This document shows positions 35,831 through 48,200 of a stretch of 64,000 bases of DNA, one piece after another. The stretch lies in contig JASTWF010000356.1 of the NCBI GenBank assembly GCA_030390025.1, positions 62,001 through 126,000 of the forward strand, given 5' to 3'. Made by a program: the position numbers and the translations under genes. Source of the stretch: Squalus acanthias (Eukaryota). The notes below the pieces were generated by a model. The model worked only from the letters and a program-made list of their open reading frames with translations, was not told where the DNA came from and did no database searches. Numbering within the stretch: the first letter of the stretch is position 1; each line of letters opens with the position of its first letter.

Positions 35831-36484
35831 GGGAGAATACTCTTACCCCTAGGCTGTGAGTGTCGAAAGGTTGTCAACAGTAGAGGATATCACAGATCGC
35901 CTTTTACATAAGCACATCTTCTAGCTCGATTAATAAGGTACTGATAAAATCAAGAACCTTCCTTTACCGCTTCCATTCCTGCTCTCTGATAAAGATTGCA
36001 ACTGGAAAATCCATATCAAGCTTTATATTCGAAAAGTGCTTGCGTTCAAATGGAATATTACAATTGTTATGTCTGAGTGAGAGGCAACAGTCTTTAGGCA
36101 AAATCAATGTTTAGTTAGAGTACAGTTACTGAAGAATCTAAGTTGAAATCAAAGAATTAGGCTCCTTTACAGCATCGTAGGACTCTTTTCGACTCTCTCT
36201 GAAAGTCTTACTCACATTCCTCTGCCATTTTCTCCTACAGTTTGTCATCAGCTACCTGCAATAGGTATTCACTTGCCTTTGTTTCCCTCTATCTCAAGAG
36301 GGCTGTCAAGCAAAGAAGTGGTGGTTATGTTACAGTTGTATAAAGCTCCTGTTAGAGCCCATCTAGATTATTGAATTGAGTTTTGGGCACCGCACCTCAG
36401 GAAACATATATTGCTCTTGGGAGAATGATATTACCAGAAAGATATTGGGTCAAAAAGGGTGAATTTAGGAAGGCAGTTTTGTAT

Positions 36485-37015
36485 TTGTTTATTCATTCCC
36501 TGGATGTGGGCATCGCTGGCAATGCCAGCATTTATAGCCCATCCCTAATTGCCCTTAAAAGCTGCTGGCGAGCCGCCATCTTGAATCGATGCAGTCCTTG
36601 TGGTGAAGGTGCTTCCACGATCCTGTTAGGTAAGGAGTTCCAGGAATGTGACCCAGCAACGCTGAAGTAACGGCGACAAATTTCCAAGTCAGAATGGAGT
36701 ATGACTTGAAGGTGAACTTGAAGGTCGTGGTGTTCCGCCGCGCCTGCTGCCCTTGTCCTTTTAGGTGGTCGAGGTCGCTGGATTGGGAGGTGCTGCCGAA
36801 GAAACATTTTCCGAGTTGTTGCAGGGTGTCTTGTAGATGGTACACAATGCAGCCACGGTGCGACAGTGGTGGAGGGTATGAATATTTTTGGTGTTGGATG
36901 GGGTGCCAAACAAGCGGGCTGCTTTCTCCTGGATGGTATCGAGTGGAGAGTATTGCATCACACTCCTGACTTGTGCATTGTAGATGGTGGAAAGCCTGCT
37001 TTCTTTATGTGTAAA
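36485..37015 (-). mobile_element. LINE 3' fragment of a third family (YNAQVRSVM type)
   Basis: LSTIYNAQVRSVMQY...LDTIQ, SWNSLPN; homologous to 59640-60180. Confidence 0.7.
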
Positions 37016-37240
37016 ATCTTCACCACTAACCTGCGCGTTCAAAGCTGAAAAAAAACTAAGTGCACTGTGTGCGCGCAGCCTGTAGTGCGCACGCGGTTCA
37101 CTTAGGAACCGCCCCCTTTGCAATTCACGAAGTGCCGGTTTTCCGCGCATGCGCAGTGCATGCAGGAAACCGGCAATTTGGGATCTAATACGCAAGAGTA
37201 CACAGTGCGTACTCTCGCGTATTAGGTTTAATTTTCGGGC
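37015..37240. mobile_element. Right end of a Harbinger-derived non-autonomous element
   Basis: 37145-37240 matches the Harbinger right end (25107-25204) including the hairpin; 37025-37120 matches 63903-63990. Confidence 0.8.
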
Positions 37241-37734
37241 CAATGCCTCTCCTTGTTCCTTCTGCCAAAATGCAACACCATACACTTCTCTATTCAATTC
37301 CATCTGCCACTTCTCTGCCCATTCTGCTAGCTTTTCTAGATCTTGTTGCAGTCGATTGGTATCATCATCACCCGGGATCTTGGGTTTATGTCACGATACA
37401 TGACGTGATCCGGACTCGAGTCGTCGTTGGCTTGTTCACAGATGTGATTCCCAGTAAAAAAGTAAAAATTTTCCCAGTAAAAAAGTAAAATTTTTAAAGC
37501 TTATCGTTCTACATACAGAAGGCAGCTTTTGACACGTTAGACCTCCTGCGACTCCACCTCATTGTCTCAGTTGTATCTTGCTATGTCTTTGATGTGGTAC
37601 CTTCCTGGCTGACATGATTAACTTTATCACACCTCGGCAGATAGTCAGGATGAGTTAATTTAGTTGTCTGCAATTGTAAGGTACACATGCATTGTTCTCT
37701 ATCTATATATGCTTTGGCGATTCTGTATCATTTT

Positions 37735-37825
37735 ACTTCACCCGACGAAGGAGTAGTAAGCTCCGAAAGCTTGTGATTTCAAATAGAACTGTTGGACTAT
37801 AACCTGGTGTTGTGCGACCTCTCAA
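37735..37825 (+). mobile_element. Penelope-like terminal fragment with hammerhead-like core
   Basis: cCCGACGAaggag-tagtaag-ctccGAAAgc; homologous piece at 53225-53335. Confidence 0.55.
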
Positions 37826-38270
37826 TCTTGTTATATATGACATGCAGGAAATGTAAACGCACTCCGGTGAAACAAATTGAAAAGCTACTGGTTAAAACTG
37901 TTAATGCTTATACTGCTCCTACCCCAAGCGTTTCAGATGATGACTTTAACAACTTGTTGGAAAAATCACGTTTATGAATAATGAAGCAATTGTATAATGA
38001 TTCAGGGAATGCCTAAATTAACTTTACTCACCTGATGCATACCTGGTGCTAGACGGATGGCCACCCCGACAGGATTCACACCAGACCATATGCAACAAAT
38101 GTGCGGCATACCTGGAATAGCCAAAGGCTTAGGGGGGGAGGGGAAGTATAGAACAAATTGGGAGGGTGGGTGGTTACAGGTAAACCTTCATCATTCGTGC
38201 TATTTGATCCTGGAATACCTATATGCGTTTCTGACATATTATACACTCACTAGCTTATCACACTATTTAG

Positions 38271-39002
38271 TGTAGAGAGCACACTGTCCAACCCCCTTCA
38301 AGGGTCCTTTCCGGGGGATTGGAAGGGGGGACTGAAGAATCCAGCTTGTTCCCAAAGAATTCTGGGATACTTGACTATGCAGCTTTAGCTAACTGAACAT
38401 ATATGCAGACAGCAATTGGCCTCTTCTCTTATCAAACTTCGGATTGTGTGTGTATTCACAGCCTCAGTAGAGCCATTGTCAAAACAAAGTCTGGCCTCCC
38501 AAGAGATAAGGGTGCAATTAACAACCAACACTGTTCCAGTCACTGAGCGCAAAAGCCATTACGGCCTTGAGCCATCCCGCTTGTTCGACAGTTAGGGATA
38601 AAATATATATTCTCAAACTATAAACTATGCCGACAAATGGGAAGAGATAACAGCAAGAATTTGGGGAGTAGGATGAGACAACCAACATCTGTGGCTGGCA
38701 TAGTCAGGGGGAATCCGAGTTCAAGGGGAGGGCCCGACAGTTGAGTGACTAACCACATAACCAATAGAGAGTAACTGTAGTGACACTGTTTGTACATGTA
38801 CGCCCCATTCTGTAGTAAGTGGGCGTTGCTTATAGAAATGTCTAACTTGAATGAACCGTTAATTGTCCCTCAGAGAGTGCACCCCTAGCCTGAGGAAGCT
38901 GTGGCTCTCCCTTGTGCACAAGTCTTTTGTTTGTTTTAATAAATTCTGAACTTGTCCTCAATTCCATTTCCGTCTGAGGTTTCTCCAAATTCGAAACTAA
39001 CA
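38271..39002 (+). mobile_element. Probable solo LTR (732 bp)
   Basis: Begins TGT and ends ACA; flanks TTTAG/GTTAG (4 of 5 match); CCAAT at 38761, TATA-like at about 38832, AATAAA at 38938, in U3-R-U5 order. Confidence 0.55.
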
Positions 39003-39065
39003 GTTAGTTTAAGCGACCAGACCAGGGCCGCAGGTAAGTGTCAATGGGATCGAAGCACGAAAGAA

Positions 39066-39888
39066 CAGACAAGCAGTAACACTCAGGCCGCCTGTCCCGC
39101 ACCGCTCTCTCCAATCACCCGCTGCCGGAGAGAGTGAGGCGGCGACAAGCAGCAACATTCAGGCCGCCTGTCCCGCCCCGCTCTCTTCAATCACCCGCTG
39201 CCGGAGTGAGTGAGGCGGCGACAAGCAGCAACATTCAGGCCTCCTGTCCCTTCCGCTCTCTCCAATCCCGCACTGCCGGAGTGAGTGAGGCGGCGACAAG
39301 CAGCAACATTCAGGCCGCCTGTCCCGCCCCGCTCTCTCCAATCACCCGCTGCCGGAGAGAGTGAGGCGGCGACAAGCAATAACATGCAGGCTGCCTGTCC
39401 CGCCCCGCTCTCTTCAATCACCCGCTGCCGGAGTGAGTGAAGCGGCGACAAGCAGTAACATTCAGGCTGCCTGTCCCGCCCCGCTCTCTCCAATCTCGCG
39501 CTGCCGGAGTGAGTGAGGCGGCGACAAGCAGCAACATTCAGGACGCCTGTCCCGCCCCGCTCTCTTCAATCACCCGCTGCGGAGTGAGTGAGGCGGCGAC
39601 AAGCAGCAAGATTCAGGCTGCCTGTCTCGCCCCGCTCTCTCCAATCACCCGCTGCCGGAGTGAGTGAGGCGGCGACAAGCAGCAACATTCAGGCCGCCTG
39701 TCCCGCCCCGCTCTCTTCAATCACCCGCTGCCGGAGTGAGTGAGGCGGCGACAAGCAGCAACATTCAGGCCGCCTGTCCCGCCCCGCTCTCTCCAATCAC
39801 CCGCTGCCGGAGTGAGTGAGGCGGCGACAAGCAGCAACATTCAGGCTGCTTGTCCCGCCCCGCTCTCTCCAATCACTCGCTGCCGGCG
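39066..39888 (+). repeat. CpG-rich 76-bp tandem repeat, about 11 copies
   Basis: Unit gtgaggcggcgacaagcagcaacattcaggccgcctgtcccgccccgctctctccaatcacccgctgccggagtga; starts at 39134 and 39210. Confidence 0.95.
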
Positions 39889-40859
39889 GAAAGCAGCGAA
39901 TGCCGCCTCAGACAGCGCGTTACTGCCCATCCCTGGGAATTAAGACCCCACTGAAAATTAGTTGTGCAGAGCTTTGCATCTGTGATGTGTAAGGGACGAT
40001 GTTGAGTTTGAGAAGAATCGTATAATTTATTTCAATTCACTGAATTTTGCAAGGGACATGTTTTATTACGACATTGCCATTAACAATTTACATTAAAGAG
40101 ATTGCATGAAAAGCTGAATTAAAAACAGACGTGTTTTGAAATCCTCAGTCATGGTCCACATGACGTCACTCAAACGGGACTCACATGACGTCACACTATC
40201 ATGGACCTCATGGCGTCACACTAACACGGCCTTTGCTCTTTGCCCTGCGGTGAATGACGCCAAAATCCTTCCCCACGTCACAGGGACCGCGATTGTCCGT
40301 GTGTAAACATGGGCTCGGGGTTCGGGTTCAGGGGCGTCACCAGACCCGCGCTCAGTTTGTGCCTCCAGGGCTGCGCAGCCTCTTGCGATGCCCGGAGCTG
40401 GCGAAACAGCCTCAATAATTGCAAATCTTCCTTTTCTGTTAGAATAAAACAATAAGATACCAAAGCTGAGATAGTGCAGGAACAAAATGACACGGCCTAA
40501 GTCAGCTGATGTATTGCATTCAACATTCATTACTAATTCTTCAGAATACAGTTTGTGAATTGTTTTGTTGTAAAAGGAAACTGGTGCAAAAAGCAAAATC
40601 CCCGTTACACTGAGAATGAAGCCCAGCCGGAACCAGAAACTAGTTATCCACTCAGTGATCAGACACTCACCACATGCTGGGTCAGAGGCTCATCATCATC
40701 AACAACATGTGCTGAATAGAAACTCGATTTGAAAATAACCACTTTACTCATTAAGTAAATACCTCATGTAACATTTTGCTTCAGTCTGTGCTGTTCTGTT
40801 GGGTGCTTTCACATCAGGTAAAACGCCGCAAAACTGTTCGTCAGTTGTTTGTAATATTA

Positions 40860-41052
40860 TACAAGTGGAGGAAGTTCACTGTCAGCTCCCGGGAGGAGAG
40901 TGTGTGATTGACAGCTGCAGACTGTGTGCAGAGCGATAAGTGCAGGAAGTTCTCTGACAGTTCCCGGGTGGAGAGTGTGTGATTGACAGCTGCAGGCAGT
41001 GTGCAGAGAGATAAGTGCAGGAAGTTCATGACAGTTCCCGGGCGGAGAGTGT
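40860..41052 (+). repeat. About 75-bp tandem repeat (cagctgcagactgtg family), piece 1
   Basis: tgtgtgattgacagctgcag at 40901 and 40976. Confidence 0.8.
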
Positions 41053-43130
41053 ATTATAAAGTATTACAAGTATTAACAGCACTGTAATAAGGCTTTCAGC
41101 CCAACAGGCCCATGCAGGTGTTTATGCTACACTCGATCCTTCTCCAACACTTCTTTGTCGAAACCACTCAACATATCCTTCAATTCATTTCTCCATAATG
41201 AGCTTATCTAACTTCCCCTTAAATGTCTCTGTGCTATTGGCTTCAACTATTCCTTCTTGTAGCGTATTCCACATTCAATCCACCCTCTGAGTAAAGAAAT
41301 TTATTCTGAATTCCCCAATTGATTTATTAGTGACAATGTTCTATTTATGGTCCATAGTTCACGAGATTGATTCCTGGGATGCCGGGACTATCGTACGAGA
41401 AGAGATTGAGTAAACTGGGCCTGTATTCTCTTGAATTCAGAAGAATGAGAGTGGATCTTATTCAAAGATTCAACATTATTACAGGGCTTGATAGGATGGA
41501 TGCTGGGAGAACGTTTCCCATGACTTGGGAGTCTAGAACCAAGGGCCACAGCCTCAGAATAAAGGGTCGGCCATTTAAAACTGAGATGAGAAGAAATTTC
41601 TTCACGCAGAGTATGGTGAATCTTTGGAATTCTCTACTCCAGAGGACTGTGGAATGCTCAGTCATTGGGTATATACAAAACAGAAGTCGATAGATTTCTG
41701 ACTAGTAAAGCATTTAGGGTAATGGCGATAGGGCGGTTGAATGGAGTTGAGACAGATGATTAGGCATGACCTCATTGAATGCGGAGCAGTCTCGAAGGGC
41801 CGAATGGTCTACCCCTGCTCCAATTTCTTATGTCCATATGTTCTTATGGTGTCCCCCGCAAGTGGAAGCATCCTGTCTTCGTCTACACTAAGAAACCGCT
41901 TCATAATCCTAAATGCCTATAACTGCTTATCCACAGTCTGCTCTTCTCCAGACAAAAGAGCCCCAGTCTGGACAATCTTACCCGATACTCAGTTCTGGTA
42001 TAATTCTCGTAGATGATTTATTACACTCCTTCTCCAGTGCCACTATGTCTTTCATATTATATGGAGACCAGATCTGCGCCAATTACTCCGTGTGTAGTCT
42101 CACTAATGCTATACAAAATTCACATAACTTCTCTGCTTTTCAATTCTATGCCTTTGGAATTTAACCCCAGTGCATTGTTTGCTTGTTTATGTCTTTACTA
42201 ACCTGTGTAGCTGCATTTAGCGATTTGTGTATCTGTACCCACAGATCTCACTATTCCTCTATCCGAATTAAACACAAATTTTTAAAGGAGTAGCTGGCCT
42301 CCTTATTCTTCCGACTAAAATATACTACCTCACATTTATCGATATAGAAGATAATTTTTCATTTGCAATCCCATTCTGCAAGTTTATTTGTGTCTTCCTG
42401 TATTGTATCAAGTCCACCTCTGATTTATCAAACCCCCAATTTAGTGTAATGCGCAAATTGTGAACGTGTACTTCCGATTACCGAGTGCAAATCATTGATG
42501 TAAATGCAGAGCGACAGTGGTCCCGGCACCGATCATTGTGGAACTCCACTCCCCATCATTTATCAATCTGAGGAACTACCTTTAACCTCCTAATTCTATG
42601 CTTTATGTTTAATAGCTAGTTTGCTATCCAGTCCGCAACTTCTGCATTGACTCCACGTGTTCTGGCCTTACTATTGATTCTACTACCATATCCAAGGATT
42701 TTTGTAATTCGACTATACAGCCTCCACTGAATAAAGAGCAGGGTTAATCTCCCCGGTATACAGACTAATATTTATCCCTCGCTCAACATCATTAAAACAG
42801 ATTATCTGGTCATTATCACATTGCTGTTTGTGGGACCTTATTGTATGCAAATTGGCGGCTGCGTTTCCTACATTAAACCACTGACTACCCTTGAAAGTGC
42901 TTAGTTGGCTGTGAAGCGGAATGGGACGTCCTGAGGTCGTGAAAGGCGCTGAGAGTCATTTATTATTTTAAGCCTTAGCTACACTTTCTGTTACTTATTT
43001 TAGTAATTCAATAAGGTTGATCAACCATGACCTTCATTTTTGTAATCTGCACTGACTACTCTTTCTTATATTTTCAGTTTCTAGATATTTTGCTGTTGCA
43101 TCTTTGAGTAAGGATTGTATTACCTTTCCA
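41053..43130. mobile_element. Decayed minus-strand CR1 with a nested plus-strand CR1 3' end (about 41358-41848)
   Basis: Plus-strand LIPGMPGLSYEKRL...WNSL with ttcttatg tail lies inside a minus-strand CR1 3' region. Confidence 0.7.
42730..42952 (+). mobile_element. DeuSINE-type SINE (SacSINE1/AmnSINE1-like) 3' half
   Basis: tcacattgctgtttgtggga...caaattggc.gc.gcgtttcctacatt...gggacgtcctgaggtcgtgaaaggcgct, recognised from memory of the family consensus. Confidence 0.7.
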
Positions 43131-43131
43131 A

Positions 43132-43486
43132 CCAGCTGCAGACTGTATGCAGAGAGATTATTGAATGAGGTTATCTGACTGTTCTCGGGGGAGAGTGTGT
43201 GATGGACAGCTGCAGACTGTGTGCAGAGAGATTATTGAATGAGGTTATCTGACTGTTCTCGGGGGAGAGTGTGTGATGGACAGCTGCAGACTGTGTGCAG
43301 AGAGATACATGCAGGATGTTCTCTGACAGATCCTGGAGGGGAGTGTGTGATTGAAAGCTGCAGTGTGTGTACATAGCGATGAGTGAAGGAAGTTCTCTGG
43401 CAGTTCCCGGAGGGGTGTGTGTGATTGACTGCTGCAGACTGTGTACAGAGCGATAAGTGCCGGTATTCCTCTGTCTGTTCCCGGGA
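43132..43486 (+). repeat. About 74-bp tandem repeat (cagctgcagactgtg family), piece 2
   Basis: About five units; further copies at 44170-44270 (inverted) and 44390-44470. Confidence 0.85.
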
Positions 43487-43545
43487 GTTGTCAGCTCAGT
43501 TAATAACAATGCCAACGTCGAGGGCTCGATCCCTGTACAGAGCCT
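43484..43545 (+). pseudogene. Degenerate tRNA-derived sequence (tRNA-Ile-like)
   Basis: agctcagt (A box) ... gccaacgtcgagggctcgatccctgtacagagcc resembles the tRNA-Ile 3' half; internal deletion in the D/anticodon region. Confidence 0.45.
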
Positions 43546-43749
43546 TGACTTTCTATGGGGCGTGAAATTACTTATATTTGTACTCACGTTAAAAATGGAA
43601 AACTTCGTAAGGAAATCTGAAAACAGATCCTGAAAACAGTGTGTTTAATTAATATTTTTATTAAAGCGTTTCACTAATTCATTTCTATTAAATAAATTAC
43701 ATGGAAAACTATTTTTACAAAACCTGGTGATATGATCAAATAAACAAAA

Positions 43750-43940
43750 AACACAAACATGGCTGTCTGTCGGTGACACAAACATGGTCGTCTGTAGATG
43801 ACACATACATGGCCGTCTGTAGTTCACACAAACATGGCCGTCTGTAGGTGACACAGACATGGCGTTCTGTAGGTGTCACAAACATGGCCGTCAGTAGGTG
43901 ACACAAACATGGCCGTCAGTAGGTGACAAAAACCTGGCCG
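43750..43940 (+). repeat. 25-bp minisatellite, about 7 copies
   Basis: Unit acacaaacatggccgtctgtaggtg. Confidence 0.9.
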
Positions 43941-44469
43941 CCCGATGTTGTCCTTTGCCCTGCGGTGGATGACGCGGTCCCAAGGAGTAGTTAAAGCAAA
44001 TAACATAGACACATTGAAGGGGAAGTTAGATAAACACATGGTGGAGAAACGAATATGTTGATGGATATAGACGTAGAAGGGTGGGAGGAGGCTCGAGCGG
44101 AGCATAAACACCGGCAAGGACCGTTTGGGCTGAAAGGTTTATTTCAGTACTGTAAACATTTTATAATACACGCTCCTCCCGGGAACAGTCAAATAACTCC
44201 CTGCACTGATCTCTCTGGACACTCTCTGCAGCTGCCAATCATAAACTCTCCTCCAGGGAACATCAGGTGATTCCTGCTCTTACATCAAATTGCAAAGAAT
44301 TGACAGGACGTTATTCTTGTTCTTTCTGGTTGATAACCTGTGATAGCACATCGCACCGTCAAGATGGATAGCTTCAGACTGAAGCTACAAATACCTGCTG
44401 CAGTTCCCTGACAGTTCCCGGGCAGAGTGCCTGTAATTGACAGGTGCAGACTGTATGCAGAAATAAGTG

Positions 44470-44982
44470 GAGAAATGTTGAGGGTGTTAGGTGGAGGTGG
44501 GGTGCAGCTGAGAATATTAGATGGCTGTGGAGGATCTGAGAATGTTAGGTTTGGCTGGGGAGGATCTGAAGATATCAGGTGAGCAATGGAGGCACTATGG
44601 ATATTCGATGGGGTGGGAAGGATCTGAACATATTAGTTTGGGTGTTGGGGATTTCAGTATAATTTGTTGGGTGGTGATGATTGAGGATATTAGGTGGGTT
44701 TGGGGACGAGCTGAAGTTATTAATGGGGTGGGGAGGAGCTGAGTATGTTAGGAGTGGGGAGGAGCTTAGGATATTAGGTGGGGTGGTGAGGAGCTGAGGA
44801 TAATTGGTGGTTGGGGAGGAGCTGAGGATATTAGATAGGATGGCGAGGAGCAAAGGATACTGGGTGTGGTGAGGAGGAGCTGAGGATAAAAGGTGGGGTG
44901 GCGAGGCGCTGAGTATTTTATGTGGGGTGGGCAGGAGCTGAGGATAATAGTTTGGGTTGAGGAGGTGCTTAGGATATTAGAT
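44470..44982 (+). repeat. G-rich minisatellite of about 29-30 bp
   Basis: Recurrent gaggagctgaggatattaggtggggt. Confidence 0.8.
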
Positions 44983-45229
44983 GCATAAATAGATACCGAA
45001 AGTCGTAAAGAGAGGCTGGAACAAACAGGACAGCGGATCTGTTATTTGAAATAAATAATAACTTCAGACACTTCTTCGAAAAGCAGTAGTACAAAGTGAC
45101 ATGCAAGGAGTTTATTCTGCAATAAATCTTCAGATTTTCGGATAAAATTCCAAAACCTCACACAATTGTAGATGTCCACCTTTATTAATTATTATTTGTG
45201 TTTATTCAATAAAACTGATGCTTCTCTTC

Positions 45230-48200
45230 AAATATGGAAGGACATCTTATAATACACATTGGAGAATTTGCAGACTGTGCTGTTAAATGACAAATGGAGT
45301 TTAACATAGATGAATGCGCGTTGATGCAGTTTTGTAGGAAAATAGAATATCATGAGGGTAGTGTGGTTGACGTTGTGTATATGAACTTTCAAAAGGCGTT
45401 TGATAAAATAACACGTAATGGACTTGTTCATAAAATTATAGCCCATGGGATTAAAGGGACAGAGTAGCATGGAAACCAAATTTGCTCAGGGACAGAAAGC
45501 AGAGAGTAGTGGTGACAAGTTGTTTTTCAGACTGGAGGTAGGTATACAGTGGTGTACCACAGGGGTCGCTATTAGAGTACTGCTCGTTTTGATACATATT
45601 AATGACCTAGAGTTGAGTAAACACAACTTCATTTTGTAGTTTGCAAATTAAACGAAATTCGGAAATCTAGTACACAATGAGGAGTGCAGTAACAGACTTC
45701 AGGAGGGCATAGACTGACTGTGCAAAATAGGAACATAAGAAATAGGAGCAGGAGTTGGTCATTCGGGACTTCGAGCCTGCTCTGCCATTCAATACGTTCA
45801 TGTCTGAACTTTGTTTAAAAACACATTCATGTAACATTTTCTAACTGACCCTCATTCCTGCATGTACAGTTATCTCCTTACTCAGTTTTCTGGTATATTT
45901 TGCATTAACAGAATAAAATATCAGTGGAACCTAAAACAGACGCTAAATCCCCAGTAAAACAGATCCTATGAAGCAAATTTGGCTGGGTCTTGACCCTCAT
46001 AAAATGTTCCTCAGGCTGGAGGGTCCGAGAGATTTATGAAGTCCGTGACCTGATGCTGTGCTTCCCCAATGGTGTTTCTTTCCAAATCCAATACCTTCGT
46101 ATACAACATAAACCAAACACTGATTCAAATGTACAGACATATGGCAGATTGAATTTAACACAGAGAATTGTGAGGTAATGCGTTTTGGTAGGATGAATGG
46201 GGAGATGCAATATGAAATAAATGGTACAATTTTAAAGTGAGTGTTGTTCAGAGAGACCTGAGTTGTATGTACACACATCTTTGAAGGTGGCAGGACAAGT
46301 TGAGAAAGCTGTTAAAAAAAGCATATGGGATCATTGGCTTTATTAATAGATCAATAGAGTACAAAAGTAAGGAATTCATGCTAAAACTTTTTAGGCTTCA
46401 GCGGGAGTGTTGTGTTCAATTCTGGTAACCAAACTTTAGGAAAGAGCTCAAGACCTTGGAGCGTGAGCAGAAGAGATTGATCAGAATTGTAACAGGGATG
46501 AGGAACTTCAGTTATGTGGAGATACTGGAGAAGCTGGATTTGTTCTCCTTCGAGCAGAGATGGTTAAGAGGAGATTTGATAGCGGTGTTAAAAATCTTAA
46601 ATTAATTTGACAGCGTAAATAAGGAGCAACTGTTTCCAGTGGCAGATAGGTCGTTAACCAGAGGACACAGATTCAATGTGAGTGGCAAAAGAACCAGAGA
46701 CGACATGAGGAGGCTTTTTTATTTACAAAGCGATTTGTTGTGATCTGGAATGCACTGCCTGAAAGGGTGGTGGAAGCAGATACAATAGTAACATTCAAAA
46801 GGGATTTGGAAAATATACTTGATGTAAAAAAATACCGGGGAAAGTGCAGAGGAGTGGGATTAATTGAATCCCTCTCCCAAAGAGCCGGCACAGGCACGAT
46901 GGGGCGAATGGGCACCTTCAGCGCTGTATCATTCTATGTTTCTATAATCACCTGCAACTTAGACAATAAGAAACTAAATGGGGCAGAAGGACAAAGGCAT
47001 CTAGGGATACAGGTGAACAAATAATTAAAATCAGTATCACAGATCAGCAAAGCAGTTAAAATGCTAACAATGAACTGGGGTTTATTTCTAAGGCTATAGA
47101 ATCAAAAGAAGTGAACTTGGCAAAAGGTGGGAAGTGGTGTTCCACAAGGATCGGTGCTGGGATCTCTCTTGTTCACCGTTTACAGAAACAATTTGGACTC
47201 CAGAATCGGAAAGGCAATTTCAAAGTTTGTGGATGCCACCGAAATGGGGTTTATAGTTAATACAGAGGGGGACTGCGACAGAATACAGGAAGACGTTAAT
47301 AAATTTGCAGAATGGGCTTGTAATTGGCAAAGGAATTTCATTAGAGAAGTGTGAGAGAGTGCATTTTAATAGGAAGAATGAGGAGGTCACATAATACTTG
47401 GAAAATAAGAGTCTAAATGGGTTTGTGGAGAAGAGAGACGCGAGGGTACAGATACACAAGTCACTAAATGTAGTGACAAATGTTAATAAGGACATAAAAA
47501 CAAAGAAAGCACGACGGTTTATTCCTAGAGGGATAGAATTGTAAAGCAGGAAGTTATGTTAAACTTGTATAGAAACTTGGTTAGAACGCACTTAGAGTAT
47601 TGCGAACATTTCTGGTCGCCATTTTATAAAATGGGCACAATGGCACTGGAGAAGATGCAAAAAGGATTTACTGGAATGACACCAGAACTGAGAGGTTATA
47701 CCGATCAGGAAAGATTGAACAGGCTGGGCTCGATTCTTTAGAAACGAGAAGACTGAGGGATGATCAGCTAGAGTATTTAAGAATATGAAAGGGTTTGAAA
47801 GGGTAGATGTAGATAGGGCGTTTCCACTTGCGGGTGAGACCAGAACTCTGGACCATAGATTTAAATTGCCATAAATAAATCCAATAGGGAATTCAGCAGA
47901 AACCTCATAACTCAGGGAGTGGTCAGAATGTGGAAATCGCTCCCACAAGGAGTAGTTGGTTTGAATAGAATAGATACATTTAAGGGGAAGCGATATAAGC
48001 ACATGAGGGAGAAAGGAATAGAAGAATATTGTGACTGGGTTAGATGAAGGAGGGTGGGCGAAGTCTCCTGAGGAGCACGGGCACCGACATGGACATTGTG
48101 AGCCGAATGACCTGTCTCTGTAACGTAAATACATTGTAAGTTGTGTTAAAGTTGTATACGACTTGTCTCACTTAGAGAACTGTGCATAGCTATGGTCGCC

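Noticed and set aside
39066..39888. 76-bp and 84-bp arrays as CRISPR-like or tRNA arrays
   Set aside because: Units are contiguous with no unique spacers, there are no cas genes, the context is eukaryotic, and no cloverleaf or A/B boxes are evident.
40216..40596. 126-aa minus-strand ORF or possible exon with an acceptor near 40438
   Set aside because: No recognisable domain and no partner exons found.
43484..43545. Functional tRNA gene
   Set aside because: The D and anticodon arms are partly deleted and the B box is altered; at most a pseudogene or SINE head.
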